A stretch of DNA of 64,000 nucleotides from assembly GCA_026415435.1 (NCBI GenBank), contig JAOAHC010000040.1:137456-201455 (forward strand), in the 5' to 3' direction. This DNA comes from Clostridia bacterium (lineage in GTDB: Bacteria > Bacillota > Clostridia > TANB77 > CAG-465). Every line of letters begins with the position of its first letter. Within the stretch, counting starts at the first letter, position 1. Below, one piece after another: positions 49,539 to 59,155 of the stretch. Under the pieces are notes generated by a model that saw only the letters and a program-made list of their open reading frames with translations, made no database searches and was not told the origin of the DNA. The translations under genes were made by a program, and so were the position numbers.

Positions 49539-50462
49539 TTATATACTATCTGTCAATATATTATCTTTTAAACAAAAACCTATATCTAATTTATTAAATC
49601 TATTAATATTTATAATACTATACTCATAAATTTTAAACTCGTTGTTTTTATACGCAATATAGTTCTCATCAAATTCATCATCAACTGATGTAAAATCTAT
49701 AAACTTAGACTTTTTGTTTATAATATACTTACCAATATTATCTTTATTTAAATCAAAGTTTACATATACATTATAGTCAATTAACTTTTTTTTATCTATT
49801 ATATCAACTATAGTACCATATTCTTTATTTATATCATTTACCCTTTTATCTATCATTTTATCTTTTATGCCTACCTTTAATATATCTACATATTTAAATT
49901 TTTCAATATACTGTAGTAATCTTACACTATCAAAATTATTTTGACTTCTAATCATCCATAAAACCTTAACTTTTTCAGCCTTAATATTTTCTTCATCGAT
50001 ATATTTGTCAATAATTTTAATATCATGATTTTTAATATTACTTTGTATATCTATATATTCTATGTTTTTAATAGATAGTAAACTTTTGAAATATTCATAA
50101 TATTCTTTATTTTCTTTAATTACTCCACTAAATACAGCTATATTTTTACTATTAGTTATTTTATCTACAATATATAAAAAGTCTTCTTTAAATAATTTAT
50201 TTAAAAACTTATGATAGATGTTTTTTATAGTATATTTAATATCTTTTACACTGATTTTTTTAGTATTGTTAAAATCACTTATAAACTTATTAATAAATAT
50301 ACTATTTATTGCTATATATTTAAATATTCCATAATCAACTACCAAAATATTCTTTTTTGAATATTTATTGTTTTTTCTCTTAATTATCTTTTTTATATTT
50401 TCATCTACTGTATCGAAATCAAAAATATCTAATAAAATACTCGACATATAAACTTCCTCCAC
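49539..50462 (-). CDS. Hypothetical Lys/Asn/Ile-rich protein in the position normally occupied by cdaR (ybbR) downstream of cdaA
   Basis: 307 aa. No TM helix and no recognisable YbbR repeats. Low-complexity composition. Confidence 0.35.
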   Translation of the reverse strand: MEEVYMSSILLDIFDFDTVDENIKKIIKRKNNKYSKKNILVVDYGIFKYIAINSIFINKFISDFNNTKKISVKDIKYTIKNIYHKFLNKLFKEDFLYIVDKITNSKNIAVFSGVIKENKEYYEYFKSLLSIKNIEYIDIQSNIKNHDIKIIDKYIDEENIKAEKVKVLWMIRSQNNFDSVRLLQYIEKFKYVDILKVGIKDKMIDKRVNDINKEYGTIVDIIDKKKLIDYNVYVNFDLNKDNIGKYIINKKSKFIDFTSVDDEFDENYIAYKNNEFKIYEYSIININRFNKLDIGFCLKDNILTDSI

Positions 50463-50519
50463 ATAACAAATGTTATATACCTCGTTTATATGTTCTATAC
50501 TTTAAAAATATTACAATAA

Positions 50520-51377
50520 TTAGTTTTTGTGTTTAAATCTTGACGTCTTACTTAGTACAGTTCTATCTAATTTTTTATTTAATAAATCTTTTAAGCTATC
50601 TCCTGTTAAGTCACGCTTTAGCTTTCCGTTTTCAGCAACTGATATTATACCTGTTTCTTCAGAAACAACAACTACTATTGCATCAGATATTTCAGTAATA
50701 CCTATTGCAGCTCTATGCCTTGTCCCAAGGGATTTTGGAACGTTGTTTTCAGATGCAAGTGGTAGTATGCACTTTGCTGCAGCTATCTCACCTTTTTCTA
50801 TTACAACTGCTCCATCATGAAGTGGTGTACGTGGCATAAAGATATTTTGTAGTAATTCGTTGGATACTTTAGCAGACAAAGTAATACCTTCTTTTAATAC
50901 CTCAGAAATTTTTGTATTTCTTTCTATTACTATTAAAGATCCTATTTTTTTAAGAGACATTATTTCTACTGCTTTTACAATTTCAGATATATTATGTTTT
51001 ACCATTATATTATCTTCCATATCAAATACATCAACAAACTTATTTCTACCTATCTTCTCAAATGCGCTTCTAAGTTCTGGTTGAAATATAACTATAAAAA
51101 GAAGCATACCGTAAGTCATTATATTTGTAAGTATAAAGTTAAGTATTACCATATCAAATATTTTTGATACTATTAGAAGCACTAGTAATATTAGAATTCC
51201 CTTAAAAATTTGCTCCGCCCTTGTTTGTTTTATTATTCTAAAAACATAGTAAACTATAAATGCTACTACTGCAATGTCTATTATTAAAATAACTACTCTA
51301 ATTGGGCTAGTAAGATTTAAAATAGTACCTAGCTTGTATACTATATCAATAAATTTAAGCCAAACATTTTCTAACAT
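50520..51377 (-). CDS. cdaA: Diadenylate cyclase CdaA (DacA), membrane-anchored
   Basis: 285 aa. Three N-terminal TM helices. DAC domain with LHDGAVVI and GTRHRAAIG motifs. Confidence 0.75.
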   Translation of the reverse strand: MLENVWLKFIDIVYKLGTILNLTSPIRVVILIIDIAVVAFIVYYVFRIIKQTRAEQIFKGILILLVLLIVSKIFDMVILNFILTNIMTYGMLLFIVIFQPELRSAFEKIGRNKFVDVFDMEDNIMVKHNISEIVKAVEIMSLKKIGSLIVIERNTKISEVLKEGITLSAKVSNELLQNIFMPRTPLHDGAVVIEKGEIAAAKCILPLASENNVPKSLGTRHRAAIGITEISDAIVVVVSEETGIISVAENGKLKRDLTGDSLKDLLNKKLDRTVLSKTSRFKHKN

Positions 51378-51398
51378 AGGTTACATACCCCCATACTA

Positions 51399-51500
51399 CT
51401 ATATATTTTGAATTGAAGATATTAACACTGCAAACACTGAGAATAGCATCATTATTATCATAATTCCTATAACTGTATATTTCAAAATATTTTTCTTCAT
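51399..51500 (-). CDS. Possible 33-aa single-TM micro-protein immediately upstream of cdaA
   Basis: Minus-strand ORF MKKNILKYTVIGIMIIMMLFSVFAVLISSIQNI with an AGGTGA RBS. It ends 21 nt before the cdaA start. Too short for the ORF track. Confidence 0.2.
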   Translation of the reverse strand: MKKNILKYTVIGIMIIMMLFSVFAVLISSIQNI

Positions 51501-51526
51501 TTCTTTCACCTATCCTACTTTAACAA

Positions 51527-52912
51527 CTATATTTCAAACTTATCACTGAACCATTTGTCTAACTCAGATATTTTCACTCTAACTTGTTCCATTGTATCTC
51601 TAGATCTTATAGTAACAGATTCATCATTGTCACTTTCAAAATCATATGTAATACAATATGGTGTTCCTATTTCATCATATCTTCTATATCTTTTTCCTAT
51701 ACTTTGAGATTCATCCATATCACACATATATTTTTTAGATAAAGTTTCATAAATTTTATTTGCTTTTTCACTTAATTTTTTAGATAACGGAAGTATACCT
51801 ATTTTTATAGGAGCAAGGAATGGATGTAATTTTAAAACTACTCTTGTATCTTCCTCACTTATATTCTCTTCCTCATATGCATTGCATAAAAATGCTAGTG
51901 CAACTCTATCACATCCAAGAGACGGCTCTATACAATATGGTACGTACTTTTCGCCTGTTTCTTGATCTGTGTAACTTAAATCTTCTCCAGAAAATTTTGT
52001 GTGTTGTTTTAAATCAAAGTCTGTTCTATCTGCAATTCCCCATAACTCTCCAAAACCAAAAGGAAATCTAAATTCAATATCTGTAGTAGCGTTACTATAA
52101 TGTGAAAGTTCTTCTTTTTCATGATCTCTTAGACGTATATTTTCTTCTTTCATTCCTAAATTCAATAGCCAATTATTACAAAAATCTTTCCAGTAGCTAT
52201 GCCACTGCATATCTTCACCTGGTTTGCAGAAAAATTCCAACTCCATTTGTTCAAATTCACGTATTCTAAATATGAAGTTACCTGGTGTAATTTCATTTCT
52301 AAAAGACTTACCTATTTGGGCTATACCAAAAGGAACTTTTTTTCTTGTTGTTCTAAGTACATTTTTAAAATCAACAAATATTCCTTGTGCAGTTTCTGGT
52401 CTTAGATAAACTACTGCTTGTGAATCCTCTGTAACACCTTGAAATGTCTTAAACATAAGATTAAACTTACGTATATCTGTATAATTATGTTTACCACATT
52501 TAGGACAAATAATATTATATTTATTTAATATTTCAATAAGTTCTTGATCTGTCATTCCATCTGATACTTTTATATCTAATTTATTATCAAAAGCATACTC
52601 TTCTATTATCTTATCTGCTCTAAATCTTGACTTACATTCTTTACAATCAATAAGCGGATCAGAAAAACCACCTATGTGTCCTGAAGCTTCCCAAGTTTTA
52701 GGGTTCATTAATATTGCAGCATCTAATCCAACATTATATCTGCTTTCTTGAACAAATTTTTTCCACCAAGCTTTTTTTATGTTGTTTTTAAACTCAACTC
52801 CTAATGGACCATAATCCCAAGAATTTGCAAGTCCTCCGTATATTTCAGAACCTGAATATATATATCCTCTTGATTTACATAGATTAACAATTTTCTCCAT
52901 AGAATCTACCAT
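51527..52912 (-). CDS. glyQS: Glycine--tRNA ligase (homodimeric alpha2 type)
   Basis: 461 aa. Sequence includes YGPLGVE (at the N-terminus), [25 protein letters not shown], and the anticodon-binding C-domain. Confidence 0.9.
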   Translation of the reverse strand: MVDSMEKIVNLCKSRGYIYSGSEIYGGLANSWDYGPLGVEFKNNIKKAWWKKFVQESRYNVGLDAAILMNPKTWEASGHIGGFSDPLIDCKECKSRFRADKIIEEYAFDNKLDIKVSDGMTDQELIEILNKYNIICPKCGKHNYTDIRKFNLMFKTFQGVTEDSQAVVYLRPETAQGIFVDFKNVLRTTRKKVPFGIAQIGKSFRNEITPGNFIFRIREFEQMELEFFCKPGEDMQWHSYWKDFCNNWLLNLGMKEENIRLRDHEKEELSHYSNATTDIEFRFPFGFGELWGIADRTDFDLKQHTKFSGEDLSYTDQETGEKYVPYCIEPSLGCDRVALAFLCNAYEEENISEEDTRVVLKLHPFLAPIKIGILPLSKKLSEKANKIYETLSKKYMCDMDESQSIGKRYRRYDEIGTPYCITYDFESDNDESVTIRSRDTMEQVRVKISELDKWFSDKFEI

Positions 52913-52943
52913 TTAATTTCCTCCTTATAAGTTACACATTAGT

Positions 52944-53744
52944 CTAGTCTATAACTACATCTATTGTGCCATGACTTTTATCAACAATATCGCCTTCATT
53001 AAAAATTATATGAAATACTCCATCTTTTATATAGAAATTTTCAAGACCAGTATAAGTATATGCGTAGTCTGCCTCACTTATCATTGATTTAGAAATAACA
53101 TTTTCTTTTATCTTTTCTTTAATTTTAGTTTTGCAGTCTGAACCTATTTTATCAACTATAATATCGCTTTGTTTAATTAAAGTTTTAGTAGAAAAATCAA
53201 TATTGTATGTATTTATTTTATCCCATATACTTGTTTGTAGCTTATCATCGATAACCCTATCATGTATTGTTATAGATAATATTCTTCTGTTACCTATAAC
53301 ATTATCATACATATTATATGATACCTTATATGTAAATTTATTGTCTAATTTGTCAACATCTGATTTTAAAGTAGTAAATAAAGAATTATATTTATTTTTA
53401 ATCTCTGTGTTTAAATCAGATAGTTCTTCATCTCCTATATTAATTTTAGGTAAAATAATATTTCCTTTAAATTTTTGGTTTGAAGAATCATTTATATTTT
53501 CATCTACTACTTTATATTTAATATCTTTTATTGCATCAATATCAAGACTTGTAGCTTTTGAATCCACATCAATTAAACTTTGCATATTTGAACTGTTATT
53601 TCCTACTATTACAGGATCTTTTTCAGTTGAAATTGCAAAATATATTACTAAACATCCTAATATTAAAAAAAGCGTAATAAAAATAACTACTGCTTTCGAA
53701 CTTTTCTTAGTTTCTCTATACCTCATTGTTTCCATTAATATCAC
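52944..53744 (-). CDS. Membrane-anchored DUF4163/DUF3298-like protein (RsiV-like fold)
   Basis: 266 aa. N-terminal TM (AVVIFITLFLILGCLVIYFAI). C-terminal Y.Y.G...F...G.FHIIF pattern. No sigV neighbour. Confidence 0.4.
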   Translation of the reverse strand: MILMETMRYRETKKSSKAVVIFITLFLILGCLVIYFAISTEKDPVIVGNNSSNMQSLIDVDSKATSLDIDAIKDIKYKVVDENINDSSNQKFKGNIILPKINIGDEELSDLNTEIKNKYNSLFTTLKSDVDKLDNKFTYKVSYNMYDNVIGNRRILSITIHDRVIDDKLQTSIWDKINTYNIDFSTKTLIKQSDIIVDKIGSDCKTKIKEKIKENVISKSMISEADYAYTYTGLENFYIKDGVFHIIFNEGDIVDKSHGTIDVVID

Positions 53745-53787
53745 CTGCGTATATTTTACTATATTATTACATTTTTTTCAACATAAA

Positions 53788-53822
53788 GATAAGATTTTGC
53801 CTAAAAAACACAAAATCTTATC
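53788..53822 (-). terminator. Perfect 12-bp hairpin (gataagattttg / caaaatcttatc) 20 nt downstream of the frameshifted gene, a weak terminator candidate
   Basis: The inverted repeat was read directly. Only a short T-run follows on the minus strand. Confidence 0.3.
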
Positions 53823-53841
53823 CATTAATATACTAAAAAAT

Positions 53842-54656
53842 TTATTTACTTATTCCTTTTATATTTATATTTATACCAAATATATTTATACCTGTAGCAT
53901 TATCCACTGCATAAACCACTGTATTTCTTATTTTGCCACTTAATTTCGGGATATTAGTACCAAATTTTATTTCAATATCAATATCTAGTTTCATACCATC
54001 TATATATTTATTTGTTAAAACTTTCTGTACTTTGGTAACACCCTCAACTCTTTCTACAACATAAGATATTATGCTATTAATGGCCCTTTCAGAAATAACA
54101 TAATTACCAAGATAACTAAATGTAGGTCGTATTATACTTTTTTCAGATATATCTTCCTCACCATTTTTTGAGAAAATATTAAGTATTCTAAGAGGGTCTA
54201 AAAAGTATCCTGAAAATTGTTCCTTTATTTCAAACGTTGGAACTGGTACTACATGCTTTCCCTCTTCAAACCTAGATTTTCTAGCATCTTCCATTTCTTC
54301 TTTGGTAGCAACATCTTCTATATATATTTTTTTATATATACTTCCCAAATTTAAATTTTCTGCTATTCTTTGAACCATATCATCAGAAGTACCAAGTATC
54401 AATATTTTGTCAGGATCCTCTGAAATAATCTTAGATTTCATATCATTTCTTCTAGTTTCGTCAGTAAATATTGCAGCCTTAACAGAAGCTATTTTAGTAG
54501 CTTCTGTTTTGGCAGATTTTCCAGCTATTACTTTGGTATCTTTTACAAGTATAGCATCATCAATTATATATTTTATTTTATATTTTCTTGCAACAATTTG
54601 TGCTCTATAACTTTTACCTGTACCGTGTTTTTCCTATGAATGCATATACTTGCATT
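53842..54656 (-). pseudogene. Frameshifted gene (or sequencing indel) encoding a P-loop NTPase N-terminus fused to an Asp23/Gls24-like C-terminal domain
   Basis: An ATG at 54656 with an AGGTGA RBS gives MQVYAFIGK. It hits TAA after 13 codons. The -1 frame continues without a stop as HGTGKSYRAQIVARKY...MKSKIISEDPD..., which is the track ORF 53842..54441. Frames switch at a run of 5 A (plus-strand T5 at 54628-54632). Removing one A gives FIGKHGTGKSY, a Walker-A-like motif. The C-terminus IRNTVVYAVDNATGINIFGININIKGI resembles an Asp23 family end. Confidence 0.45.
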
Positions 54657-54685
54657 TAATATTTCACCTCAAAATAACCTTATAC

Positions 54686-56788
54686 TTAATCTATGTTTTT
54701 AGCACTTAGACAGAATTTACCTTCTTCTTTATTTATTTCAATAACTTTTACTAGTAATTCATCTCCTACTTTTAAAACATCTTCAACTTTATTTACTCTT
54801 TCGCTTGAAATTTTAGAAATATGTAATAAACCTTCTTTTCCTGGCAATACCTCAACTAATGCTCCAAATTGAAGTATTTTTGTTACTTTACCCATATATA
54901 CTTCATTTAATTCAACGTCTCTTGTTAAAGATATAATTATTTCAATAGCTCTGCTTATTTTTTCTTGTTCAACACCAGAAACAAATACTGTTCCATTATC
55001 TTCAATGTCTATTTTAACACCAGTTTCTTCAATAATTTTATTTATAACTTTTCCACCAGCACCTATTACATCTCTGATTTTCTCAGGATTTATGCTTATT
55101 GTTTCAATCTTAGGAGCATATTTAGATAGTTGTTCACGTGGTTTGTCTATAGCTTTTAACATTACTTCATCTAGTATATATTGTCTTGCTATATTTGTTC
55201 TTCTAAACGCTTCTTCTATTATTTCGTATGTAAGACCGTCTATTTTAATATCAACTTGAATAGCAGTTATACCTTTTTTTGTACCTGCAACTTTAAAGTC
55301 CATATCTCCAAAAAAGTCTTCTATTCCTTGTATATCTGTTACCATTATATAGTCTGTAGTATCATCTTCTTTAGTAAATAATCCTGTTGAAATACCAGCA
55401 ACTGGTGCTTTAATAGGTACACCAGCGTCCATTAGAGCAAGGGTAGAACCACAAACACTTCCTTGAGAAGTTGATCCATTTGAACTCAATGTCTCTGAAA
55501 CAACCCTAATTGTATATGGGAATTCTTCTTTAGAAGGTATTACCGTTTCTAAAGCACGTTCCGCTAATGCCCCATGTCCAACTTCACGTCTACCAGGTGC
55601 ACGAGTAGGTCTTGCCTCACCAACACTATATGGTGGGAAGTTATAGTGATGAATATATCTTTTTGATAATTCTTCATCTAATCCATCTAAAGTTTGTTCT
55701 TCCGAAACCGTACCAAGTGTAACTACTGATAGAACTTGTGTCTGTCCTCTACTAAATAGAGCACTACCATGTGTCCTTGCAAAAATACCAACTTCTGCAT
55801 TAAGTTGTCTAATTTCATCTAATGCTCTTCCATCTGGTCTTTTGTTTTCATTTATTACAAGATTTCTAACAATTTTTTTCTCTATCTTATATAATGTCTC
55901 TGAAATCATAGATTTATTTTTTTTATACTCTTCTTCACTATGATTTTTAGTATATGTTTCTACTACTTCAGCCGAAATTTTAGATATCTTTTCATCTCTT
56001 ACAGTTTTATCAGTTTGACAAACTGCATCATACATTTTATTTCCTATAATAGTTTTTATTTCATTATATAATTCTTCTGGGATTTCAAATGATTTGTAAC
56101 TTGCTTTTGGTTTACCGATATCAGCTTTTATTTCATCAATAAATTTACATGCCTTTTTAATTTCACTATGAGCTAGTTTTATAGCTTCAAGCATTGTTGC
56201 ATCATCAACTTCATGTGCACCTGCTTCAATCATACATACTTTATCGTAAGTTGCAGCAACCGTTAAATCTAGAGTTGATTTTTCTCTTTGTTCTAAATTT
56301 GGATTTAATACAAGATTACCGTCCACAAGACCTACTTTTATTGAAGCTACAGCTACATTAAATGGTATATCTGAAATATTAAGTGCTATTGCAGAACCTA
56401 TCATTGCAGGAACTTCAGGAAGCACATCCGGATCAACACACATTGCAGCTGCATTTATAGCCGTATCATTTCTATAATCTTTTGGAAATAACGGTCTAAT
56501 TGGCCTATCAATAACTCTTGAAACCAAAACTGCTTTTTCTGATGGTTTACCTTCACGTTTTATAAAGCCACCTGGTATTTTACCTACAGCATATAGTCTT
56601 TCTTCGTAATCTACAGAAAGCGGTAAAAAATCTATTCCCTCCCTTGGTTCTTTTGACATAGTTACATTTACAAGTACTGCTGTATCATCGTAACGTACAA
56701 GACAAGAACCATTAGAAAGACCTGCCATTTTACCTGTCTCAACAATAAGTTTTCTTCCAGCATAATCTAGTTCAAACTTTTTAAACAT
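54686..56788 (-). CDS. pnp: Polyribonucleotide nucleotidyltransferase (PNPase)
   Basis: 700 aa. Two RNase PH domains, KH, and an S1 domain (the S1 segment includes GKVTKILQFGALVEVLPGKEGLLHISKIS). Confidence 0.9.
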   Translation of the reverse strand: MFKKFELDYAGRKLIVETGKMAGLSNGSCLVRYDDTAVLVNVTMSKEPREGIDFLPLSVDYEERLYAVGKIPGGFIKREGKPSEKAVLVSRVIDRPIRPLFPKDYRNDTAINAAAMCVDPDVLPEVPAMIGSAIALNISDIPFNVAVASIKVGLVDGNLVLNPNLEQREKSTLDLTVAATYDKVCMIEAGAHEVDDATMLEAIKLAHSEIKKACKFIDEIKADIGKPKASYKSFEIPEELYNEIKTIIGNKMYDAVCQTDKTVRDEKISKISAEVVETYTKNHSEEEYKKNKSMISETLYKIEKKIVRNLVINENKRPDGRALDEIRQLNAEVGIFARTHGSALFSRGQTQVLSVVTLGTVSEEQTLDGLDEELSKRYIHHYNFPPYSVGEARPTRAPGRREVGHGALAERALETVIPSKEEFPYTIRVVSETLSSNGSTSQGSVCGSTLALMDAGVPIKAPVAGISTGLFTKEDDTTDYIMVTDIQGIEDFFGDMDFKVAGTKKGITAIQVDIKIDGLTYEIIEEAFRRTNIARQYILDEVMLKAIDKPREQLSKYAPKIETISINPEKIRDVIGAGGKVINKIIEETGVKIDIEDNGTVFVSGVEQEKISRAIEIIISLTRDVELNEVYMGKVTKILQFGALVEVLPGKEGLLHISKISSERVNKVEDVLKVGDELLVKVIEINKEEGKFCLSAKNID

Positions 56789-57078
56789 AAAATTTCCTCC
56801 TTAAAACTTATTAAATAAAAAGATGTAATAATAACTTCTAAAAACATGTAGATACTTTTACAAGTTATTACTACATAAATCTTTCTTATTTAATTTAGTA
56901 TATTATACTATATTAGTATTTAATTATCAATGAATTGGAATAAAATATTTATCTATACTCTACAATTTACAATATTTTCTAACACTTAATAATATTTTTC
57001 TTATTATTTGAGGTGAATATACAAAAACACAAAAAGTTATATAATACATATAACTACATATCATATAACTTTTTTCAA

Positions 57079-58143
57079 TTATTTTGTTTTATTTATAATT
57101 AGTTGTACCATATTATCACTAATATTAATTTCTACTTTTTTTACTGATATTACTATACATTTAAATAAGTATATATCACCTTTATCAATCATATTTACCT
57201 TATCACTATTTAAATTAAAATACCAGTTGTTTTCATCTTCTGTTAGTGTAAGTCCGATTATTTCTCCATCATTTACATATTTAATAAGTTTACGTATAAA
57301 TTCACATATTATAAATATAGTATCGTTTATTCTACCAGTTAAATAAGTTTCTGATTTTAATATGATTTTCTTATCAAGAATAATGTTTTTACTTCTAATT
57401 TCAGATTTTAGTATAAGTTCAACTATTTCCATAATATCTTTATCAAGTATAACATCATCATTTTCATCAGAATTCACTTGATTTATTACAGCTGTTAAAA
57501 TCTTATCTATTCTTTCTAGGTAATCTTTATTATTGTTTGAGAATTTACTTATTTGTGCAATTTTCTCAGGATCAACACCAATTCCTTTTGCTTCTGCAAT
57601 TAGCATATTAGAATATTCAATACCTGCACCTATTGACATAAGTGTAGACTTTATTTCTGTAGCTATTCCAGACATAAGGTTACCTATTGCTGTACTTCTA
57701 TATTTAGTTAAAGCTATTTCATTTTGTTGATTAAATATTTTAACAGCAGATATTAATTCTAGATTTAATCTATCAATTCCTTCAGTCTTATCATGATAAT
57801 TTTGTATATTTAATTTTTGCATAGATTCAATTGGTGGTTTTTGACCAGAAAATCCTGTTTGTAATATTATTATAACTTCTTTATTTTTCTCTCTTATTTT
57901 ATTTATAAGTTCTTCACCTGACATTGAAGGCATAAAATAATCTATTAACATTATTTGATAATTTTTTGTCTTCATTATTTCAAGTGCATCAAAAGCATTT
58001 GTTACTTTATCAACTATATATCCTCTCATTTTTAAATAAGAATAAGTTACTCCTAAATAATCTTCATCATCATCTACCAACAGTACACTTATATTTTTTA
58101 TTAATTCTTCATACGATAACATATTTGCACCTCTTATTTTCAC
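57079..58143 (-). CDS. Response-regulator receiver protein with C-terminal degenerate histidine-kinase-like ATPase domain
   Basis: REC domain (LLVDDDEDY, IMLIDYFMPSMSG, ILQTGFSG, KPP). The C-terminal ~230 aa has an N-box-like segment (DTIFIICEFIRKLIKY) but no G1/G2 boxes and no H-box. Confidence 0.55.
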   Translation of the reverse strand: MKIRGANMLSYEELIKNISVLLVDDDEDYLGVTYSYLKMRGYIVDKVTNAFDALEIMKTKNYQIMLIDYFMPSMSGEELINKIREKNKEVIIILQTGFSGQKPPIESMQKLNIQNYHDKTEGIDRLNLELISAVKIFNQQNEIALTKYRSTAIGNLMSGIATEIKSTLMSIGAGIEYSNMLIAEAKGIGVDPEKIAQISKFSNNNKDYLERIDKILTAVINQVNSDENDDVILDKDIMEIVELILKSEIRSKNIILDKKIILKSETYLTGRINDTIFIICEFIRKLIKYVNDGEIIGLTLTEDENNWYFNLNSDKVNMIDKGDIYLFKCIVISVKKVEINISDNMVQLIINKTK

Positions 58144-58283
58144 ACAATTATTATATTACAAATTTTGATAAAATAAAAGAGATTTCACAAAATATTAACA
58201 AATATTTTAAAATATTTAAACATAAAAATAATTGATATCAAATAATGAACCAATTATTATATTTATTTTATTATATATTAAAT

Positions 58284-59096
58284 CTACTTAATAAACATTA
58301 CATTAAATAAAACTATTAATGCTAAAACTATTCTATATATTCCAAATATAGCAAAGTCATTTTTCTTTATAAATTTAAGCAGGAATTTAATACTTAATAT
58401 GCCTACAATTGCTGATACTAAAACACCAATTATTAGTTCTAGTGAAAAATATTTCAAAAACTCATCAAATTTTAATACTGTAGCACCAAATATAACTGGT
58501 ACTGATAATAGGAAAGTAAATTTTGCAGCTGCTTCACGAGACACTCCCATAAGTCTTGCCGTAAGTATTGTAGTGCCTGAACGCGAAAAACCTGGAATTA
58601 CCGCAAAAGCTTGCGAAATACCTATTAAAAAAGTTTGTTTTAATGTTAACTTTTCATATTCAACCTCTTTATTTTTAAACTTTCTCTCAGCATACTTATC
58701 ACCTAAGTATATTGCTATACCCATTATTCCAAGTGCTAGAGCTATTATAACGGGAGAATTTCTTAAAACACTTTCTATTTGTGATTCAAATAATTTTCCA
58801 ACAAGTGCACCTGGTATTGTAGCCGCAACTATATACCAAAACATTTTACCATTAAACGATTTTTTTCTTTTTACAGCAGAATCATATGCCCCTTTAAATA
58901 AATTTAACCAATCTTGCCAAAATACAGATAAAACTGCAATCAACGTACCAAAATGAAGCGCAATATCAAATGCAAGTGAATGTTCACTCCAATTAAATAA
59001 ATATGGAACAATTATTAAATGTGCAGAACTAGATATTGGTAAAAATTCTCCTATTCCTTGAATTATTCCTAAAACTATAGCTTGAAAAATATCCAT
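58284..59096 (-). CDS. uppP: Undecaprenyl-diphosphatase
   Basis: 270 aa. N-terminal GEFLPISSSAHL motif and PGFSRSG motif. Confidence 0.85.
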   Translation of the reverse strand: MDIFQAIVLGIIQGIGEFLPISSSAHLIIVPYLFNWSEHSLAFDIALHFGTLIAVLSVFWQDWLNLFKGAYDSAVKRKKSFNGKMFWYIVAATIPGALVGKLFESQIESVLRNSPVIIALALGIMGIAIYLGDKYAERKFKNKEVEYEKLTLKQTFLIGISQAFAVIPGFSRSGTTILTARLMGVSREAAAKFTFLLSVPVIFGATVLKFDEFLKYFSLELIIGVLVSAIVGILSIKFLLKFIKKNDFAIFGIYRIVLALIVLFNVMFIK

Positions 59097-59155
59097 TGTA
59101 TATTTACCCCTTTTCTTTTATATTAAATTTTATTAAGACAATATTATATTTATAC

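Noticed and set aside
53788-53822. The 12-bp perfect hairpin as a transcription attenuator for the RsiV-like-glyQS unit.
   Set aside because: No alternative antiterminator pairing or specifier-like loop is evident. It is retained only as a weak terminator candidate.
54407-54610. 67-aa plus-strand ORF spanning the frameshift region downstream of pnp.
   Set aside because: It is antisense to the continuous minus-strand coding frame (HGTGKSY...MKSKIISEDPD) and has no RBS. The real signal here is the minus-strand frameshifted gene.
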